From a virus: a stretch of 64,000 nt of DNA. The notes under the pieces are model-generated. The model made no database searches. It was given only the letters and a program-made list of their open reading frames with translations, and was not told the origin of the DNA. Positions 58,862 to 64,000 of the stretch are shown piece by piece (positions within the stretch are counted from its first letter, which is position 1; every line of letters begins with the position of its first letter). The stretch lies in the IMG/VR virus record IMGVR_UViG_3300035104_000006, positions 17,576-81,575 of that record; one strand, given 5' to 3'. A program made the position numbers and the translations under genes.

Positions 58862-59714
58862 AATGATGAATAGTAAGCCAGTACTTAATCTACAAAGCTC
58901 TCAGATAGCTACATTCATGAGATGTCCTAGATTATGGTACTATAGTTTTGTCCTGTGGCGGCAGCCAGCATCAAGCAATGCACTTCTCAAAGGATCAGCA
59001 TTTCATTACTGTGCAGAGCATTACTATAAGGATGGAATCGATATTCACAGCGATGACATGTTCCAATATCTCATGGAGAAATATCCAGAATGTGAAGAGT
59101 TCATTCCTGAAGCAATACTCATGTTTCAGAACTATCTCAAGCATTATGAGAATGATGAGTATGATTGGTACATCATTGACGGGAAACCAGCCATCGAACT
59201 GGAGTGTAAAATCGAACTTACTGATTCTATAAACTTTTTTCTTAAATTCGACGGTATTAAGGAACGTGCAGGAAAACTTTATGCTTGGGATTACAAAACC
59301 ACATCCGGCTACCTAAATGATTATTATTTCAACAAGTACGAATTGGCATATCAAACATTTGCATACTCCTGGGCTGCGAGAGAGTTGTTCGATGATGCAA
59401 TGGCAGGATTCGTGATCGATGCAATAGCCTCACCGAAGTCGAAGAAGACTAAGTTTGCCAGGCGATTCTTTCCATTCCTGACAATGGTAGATGAGTTTAT
59501 TGACGAACTTACAAGAACGGCTGAGTTTATCCAGAATCACATGCACGACGAGGAATATTTCATGCATAACTACACATCCTGTGCATTCCAGTTTGGAAGT
59601 AAATGTAAATTCTCAGATGTTTGCATGGCTCCGAAAGAAAGACGGCACGATATTCTTATGTCAAACCTGTTTGAAGACGCTAAGCCGATATATGACTTTG
59701 AAGGAACTAAATAA
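58862..59714 (+). CDS. PD-(D/E)XK (Cas4/RecB-like) exonuclease
   Basis: CPR..Y, GSAFH, KFDG...DYKTT, Q..Y, C....CKFSDVC. Confidence 0.85.
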
Positions 59715-60433
59715 TGAAATATATGGGTAGTAAAAACAGAATAGCCAAACACATACTCCCAATTATGCTTGCAGAAAGAAAGCCAGACCAATGGTGGGTT
59801 GAGCCGTTTGTAGGTGGTGCAAATATGATTGATAAAGTAGAAGGTAATAGAATAGGTGCAGACTCAAATGAGTTTCTAATAAAAGCATTAAGGCTTATAA
59901 GAGACGAACCAACTACGATACCTGATCTTATTACCGAGGAAGATTACCAAAAAGCAAAAGACAAGATGGTGCTTAATGGATTGACTGGCTTTATTGGTTT
60001 TGCAATGAGCTTTGGCGGAAAGTGGTTTGGTGGGTATAGAAGAGATGTAGCTGGAACAAAAGGCTGCATTGAAAATATGAAAACCCAAACTCGAAGAAGT
60101 AAGCAGAATGCTATTAATCAAAGCAAATATCTAAAAGGAGTTAAGTTTATTAATAGCGATTACAAAAGCTTAGACTTGCCACAGAACAGCCTAATTTATT
60201 GTGACCCACCTTATAAGGGGACAACCAAATACAAAGATGGGTTTGACCATACCGAGTTCTGGCAATGGTGCAGAGAAAAAGCGTTTGAGGGACATACTGT
60301 ATTTGTAAGTGAGTACAATGCACCTGAGGATTTTGAGTGTATTTGGCAGAAGGGGATTACGTCTAGCCTCACAAAAAACACAGGGGCAAAGAGGGGTGTA
60401 GAGAAACTTTTTAAGCACAGGAAAGGAGAGTGA
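59714..60433 (+). CDS. D12-class N6-adenine DNA methyltransferase
   Basis: KYMGSK, EPFVGG, YCDPPY, VSEY. Confidence 0.9.
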   Translation: MKYMGSKNRIAKHILPIMLAERKPDQWWVEPFVGGANMIDKVEGNRIGADSNEFLIKALRLIRDEPTTIPDLITEEDYQKAKDKMVLNGLTGFIGFAMSFGGKWFGGYRRDVAGTKGCIENMKTQTRRSKQNAINQSKYLKGVKFINSDYKSLDLPQNSLIYCDPPYKGTTKYKDGFDHTEFWQWCREKAFEGHTVFVSEYNAPEDFECIWQKGITSSLTKNTGAKRGVEKLFKHRKGE

Positions 60434-60439
60434 TCATTT

Positions 60440-60691
60440 ATGAAAATGGAAATTAAAGACGATCAGTTTCGAGAGTTAAACAACGCCACACATCGTAAGA
60501 ATGCAATTATAGAAACAGTGCTTTCGGTTGTAGATAAGACAGAAAAGGAGCTTGTGGAGATAAATGAGTTAACTGATAAAGTCTGGGATGAGATTAAATC
60601 CGAACATTCATTGACGGATTCTGTAGAATGGAAGATTGTTTACGAGAATGGCAAGCCGTATGTAGTTTCTATAGAAGGAGGAGGAGAATAA
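60440..60691 (+). CDS. hypothetical protein
   Basis: AAGGAG RBS. Confidence 0.55.
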   Translation: MKMEIKDDQFRELNNATHRKNAIIETVLSVVDKTEKELVEINELTDKVWDEIKSEHSLTDSVEWKIVYENGKPYVVSIEGGGE

Positions 60692-60692
60692 A

Positions 60693-60980
60693 ATGGAAGA
60701 ATACGTTCTGGATGAAATGAAAGCAGTAATTGAAGAGAATTTTCCTAACTACTCAGTAATTTCTCTTGAAGTAGAACAAGATCTTAAACCTTGCCCGTTC
60801 TGTGGTGAGATTTCTCCTGTGAGAGTTTGTCATGCTAGTGAAATTAACGATGGCAATATTTCAGACACATACACTGTAATTTGTGACTATCGAAACGGAG
60901 GATGTGGTTCTTGTTCCGGTTATCGAGAAAGTAAACTAGGAACTATCGACATTTGGAACAGTCGTTGTGCTAATCATTAA
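60693..60980 (+). CDS. Lar-family restriction-alleviation-like zinc finger
   Basis: LKPCPFCG...V.C....GGCG...WNSR. Confidence 0.7.
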   Translation: MEEYVLDEMKAVIEENFPNYSVISLEVEQDLKPCPFCGEISPVRVCHASEINDGNISDTYTVICDYRNGGCGSCSGYRESKLGTIDIWNSRCANH

Positions 60981-61755
60981 AAGAAAGGAAAATACTACCT
61001 TGGCAAATGCAAAAGATATAAAACCAGACGCACTAAGGATTCTTCTCGTTGGAGAAGCGGGTACAGGAAAGACTGTATTTGCGTCCACATTTCCAAATGC
61101 CTATTTCGTCGATCTTGACGATGGCATGCTGTCAGTACGAGGCAAGGATGTGAATTATATCAGTATCTCTCAGTATGAGACGAACGATCCTGATTTTGAC
61201 GAAATCATAAAGGACTTGCCGAAACCGAAAGGAGGGAAGCGGCATCAAGAGTTATCGACATTCGAGAAGGCACAAGTGGTAATTGAGCATTGGGCGAACA
61301 ATTTAAAAGCAGGAGATACACTAGTAATTGACAGTCTGACATTTTACAGTCAAGCGGCATTCGACTACATCATTGAAACAGAAAAGCCTAAAGATAATCG
61401 CATGGCATACGGTGCAGCACAGAAACTTATCTCAGCAACGCTTGATCTTATTCGCACTCGTCCATGCAATATTATTCTAATCGCCCATAAGAAAATTAAA
61501 ACTGACGAAAACGGCAATGTTGTGGAAATAACTCCGCAGACAGTAGGAAATGCACTTGCAAACATTCTTCCTAGTCATTTCGACGAGGTCTGGAGAATGG
61601 AAGTTGAACTAAAAAAGAAAGGTGGTGAGGATCATAAAACATACGTAATGCATACTTGTCCAACAAGGAAAGAAAAAGGAAAGTCACGATTGCGACTTCC
61701 AGATCGTATTGAAGAACCAAGCTATGAAAAAATCATGAGTCTTATTGAAAATTAA
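60967..61755 (+). CDS. AAA_24 / Sak4-like ATPase
   Basis: GEAGTGKT, LVIDSLT, IAH, FDEV. Confidence 0.85.
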   Translation: MLIIKRKENTTLANAKDIKPDALRILLVGEAGTGKTVFASTFPNAYFVDLDDGMLSVRGKDVNYISISQYETNDPDFDEIIKDLPKPKGGKRHQELSTFEKAQVVIEHWANNLKAGDTLVIDSLTFYSQAAFDYIIETEKPKDNRMAYGAAQKLISATLDLIRTRPCNIILIAHKKIKTDENGNVVEITPQTVGNALANILPSHFDEVWRMEVELKKKGGEDHKTYVMHTCPTRKEKGKSRLRLPDRIEEPSYEKIMSLIEN

Positions 61756-61810
61756 CAAGTTTGTCAGAACAGGTCTGGCAAGAAAATAACTAAAAAAGGA
61801 GAAACATCTT

Positions 61811-62203
61811 ATGGCTACTATTTCACTCCCCACAAACCTTAGCGATGTTAGTGCAGAGAATGAGTTTAAAATTCCCGCTCCCGGAGAGTATACTTTTGAA
61901 GTAAAAAAGGCTGAGATCAAGCAGTCTAAGGCCGGAAATACAATGGTTAATGTCGGTTGTCAGATTATTGATGATGATGAATTCGAGGGCAGTTATGTAT
62001 TTGAAACACTGGTTTTTACTGAAAAAGCACTTTTCAAAGTCAAACAATTTCTCCTAAGTTGCGGACTTGATGCAGACACTTCAGAAATTGACACTGATGA
62101 ATGGATTGGCTGCACTTTCAATGCAGTGGTGAATACTGAAGAGTATGAAGATCGTAATGGCGAAACAAAAGAAAAAGCTGTTATTACTAAGTATATTTTC
62201 TAA
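61811..62203 (+). CDS. DUF669 ssDNA-binding-like protein
   Basis: PGEY...SKAGN.M...; follows AAA_24. Confidence 0.75.
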   Translation: MATISLPTNLSDVSAENEFKIPAPGEYTFEVKKAEIKQSKAGNTMVNVGCQIIDDDEFEGSYVFETLVFTEKALFKVKQFLLSCGLDADTSEIDTDEWIGCTFNAVVNTEEYEDRNGETKEKAVITKYIF

Positions 62204-62295
62204 ATACTACAGGTATTTATAGGTAAGTAATAGTGGAATATAGGCGGGTGGGAATTTTCTCCTGCTCGCCTATTTCTATTTCAATAAGGATCATT

Positions 62296-62595
62296 ATGAA
62301 TAAAGAAACAATAAGACGAGCGACAGACAAAACTATTCATTGGAGAAATGAACAAATACTTGATTGTATTGAACGAGTTGAGGATCGTTCTTTTACAAGA
62401 GAAGAAATAGCAAGTCTGGGTGAAATAAAAATGTACGGCAATGGCTCTGCTGAATTTTTCTGGAAAGGTAAGAAAATGATTTATTTCTCACCGCCGATTA
62501 AAGATAGTAATTTGAACATGCTCGACCTTGAGGCAATACATCTATATGAAGACAACAAATCTTCTCGATACAGCAAGCATAATAAAGAAGAATAG
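62296..62595 (+). CDS. hypothetical protein
   Basis: AAGGA RBS before MNKET. Confidence 0.5.
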   Translation: MNKETIRRATDKTIHWRNEQILDCIERVEDRSFTREEIASLGEIKMYGNGSAEFFWKGKKMIYFSPPIKDSNLNMLDLEAIHLYEDNKSSRYSKHNKEE

Positions 62596-62606
62596 GAACC
62601 GTTATT

Positions 62607-63695
62607 ATGAAGCAAATGTTTCTTCAACAGGCGCATACATATAAGCCAGGAAAACATAATCTTATTGGTCGATATGCCACAGTTAAGCTGGACGGAATCC
62701 GTTGTTTCTGGGATGGCGGAGTGACTAGAGGTGTGTTTAAAGACCTTGTTCCTTGGGCGAATACGGATAAGGATTTTCGATACCGTCTCCCGCAAATAGC
62801 AACTGGACTTTGGACAAGATATGGAAATGTAATTCACGCACCGGATTGGTTCCTTGACAGTCTGCCAAAGAACATCCCTCTTGACGGAGAATTATGGGCA
62901 GGACGAGGAAGACATCAATACACCCGTTCCACGGTGAGCAAGATAATCCCGAATGATCTGGAATGGCAAAACATAAAATTCGGAATCTTCCATAGCCCAA
63001 ATCTTACTGAAATTTTCCATGATCGTGCAATATCTCTAAAAAATCAGTACGAAAAAGAATTTCATAATATCCTTATTTGGCTTAATAAGAACGGAGCGAA
63101 TACTGAACATAAAGGGCATAGTAAGACCTATCTGGAAACACAGTGTTGGCTAGGTATGCAAAGTTTCTGGAATGATTATGTTCACCATGTTAAACCGGAA
63201 CTGATTAAATCTGAAAGTGACGTAGAGAGGATTTACAATAAGGAGTTAGAACTCGGTGGGGAGGGTATTATTTTCACTGAGCCGGATATTTACTACACCT
63301 GTGGGAGAATACACGGACAGGTGAAACAAAAACCATTCTTAACAGACGAAGCAACTGTTATTGGATATGTATCTGGGCGAAAGACCGATTTAGGAAGTAA
63401 ACTCCTTGGCTCAATGGGAGCAATGATTGTCCAAACCGATTCCGGCAAAGTATTCGAGCTTTCAGGTTTCACCGATAAAGAAAGAACTCTGGACTGCACA
63501 GATAATAAATCAGGAAAGCTAATAGATATGGCAGCGTCTATATGGGCGGTAGGTCATCCAGGAGAAGAACTCCCTATACAATATGAAGCCAGACATTTCC
63601 CACGGGGAACTAGAATAACCTATAAATATCGTGAACTAAGCGATGACGGAATCCCTAAAGAAGCGAGATATTATCGAAAACGGGAGGTTGAATAA
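62607..63695 (+). CDS. ATP-dependent DNA ligase
   Basis: VKLDGIRC, LDGELW, GGEGII, K.KP...E, GSMGA, FELSGF, YKYRELSDDGIP. Confidence 0.9.
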   Translation: MKQMFLQQAHTYKPGKHNLIGRYATVKLDGIRCFWDGGVTRGVFKDLVPWANTDKDFRYRLPQIATGLWTRYGNVIHAPDWFLDSLPKNIPLDGELWAGRGRHQYTRSTVSKIIPNDLEWQNIKFGIFHSPNLTEIFHDRAISLKNQYEKEFHNILIWLNKNGANTEHKGHSKTYLETQCWLGMQSFWNDYVHHVKPELIKSESDVERIYNKELELGGEGIIFTEPDIYYTCGRIHGQVKQKPFLTDEATVIGYVSGRKTDLGSKLLGSMGAMIVQTDSGKVFELSGFTDKERTLDCTDNKSGKLIDMAASIWAVGHPGEELPIQYEARHFPRGTRITYKYRELSDDGIPKEARYYRKREVE

Positions 63696-63700
63696 GATTT

Positions 63701-64000
63701 ATGGCTAAAAATTTTAATACAAACACTGCAAACCACAATGAATGGCTCACTCCGCCAGAAATCCTCATAGCATTGGGTGAGTTTGACCTTGACCCGTGTG
63801 CGCCTACACCGTCGACACGTCCTTGGAGTACAGCACACACACACACTACTCTATTGAAGATGACGGACTAACGATGTCATGGTTTGGTCGGGTGTGGTGC
63901 AACCCGCCGTATGGCAGGGAAACCTTCGTCTGGTTGAACAAGTTGGCTGACCACGGCAACGGGGTTGCTTTGATTTTTGCTCGGACTGAAACACGAGGGT
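63701..64000 (+). CDS. phage Dam-family N6-adenine methyltransferase (partial, runs off window)
   Basis: Hand translation EWLTPPEI...FDLDPCA...DDGL...W.GRVWCNPPYG...LIFARTET. Confidence 0.85.

Noticed and set aside
58862-59714. Cas4-like nuclease as part of a CRISPR-Cas locus
   Set aside because: No cas1/cas2 or array; context (AAA_24, DUF669) is a standard phage recombination module.

Overview
All 64 kb looks like tailed-phage DNA, in three blocks. (1) 1-29.6 kb, + strand: a T5-like (Demerecviridae-type) early/replication module in near-T5 gene order: D2, D3, PC4-like protein, split NAD ligase, D5, helicase, primase, PolA, D10-D15 and dUTPase. It also carries thyX, PhoH, a probable class II RNR, tRNAs, a free-standing GIY-YIG endonuclease, nine related sigma70 promoters, and an ORF-less group I intron splitting polymerase motif A. 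(2) 29.6-41.7 kb, - strand: tail/lysis genes, including a GC-rich module whose lectin-fold gene ends in a DGR-style variable region with no RT or template repeat in the window. The block starts with a terminase-small-like gene, but no terL, portal or capsid gene is present. (3) 41.7-64 kb: a ~2.3 kb mostly non-coding divergent control region with two giant A/T-asymmetric palindromes and a perfect parS site. After it comes a second, different phage early/replication module: many small ORFs, a Csx16-like protein, a second PhoH, PD-(D/E)XK nuclease, AAA_24, DUF669, ATP-dependent ligase and several MTases. The best candidate for an undescribed system is at 52.97-55.61 kb: six integron-type attC sites delimit six GC-richer gene cassettes with phage-type cargo. 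Cassette ends are self-complementary, most attC sites are inverted relative to the ORFs, and no integrase is in the window. Duplicated ligase/PhoH/recombination functions plus a tail-fibre scar at ~35.9 kb suggest a natural hybrid or an assembly chimera. A host-like membrane protein hints at a Desulfuromonadia/Geobacter-type host (inference). All family assignments are by-eye motif recognition; no searches were run.
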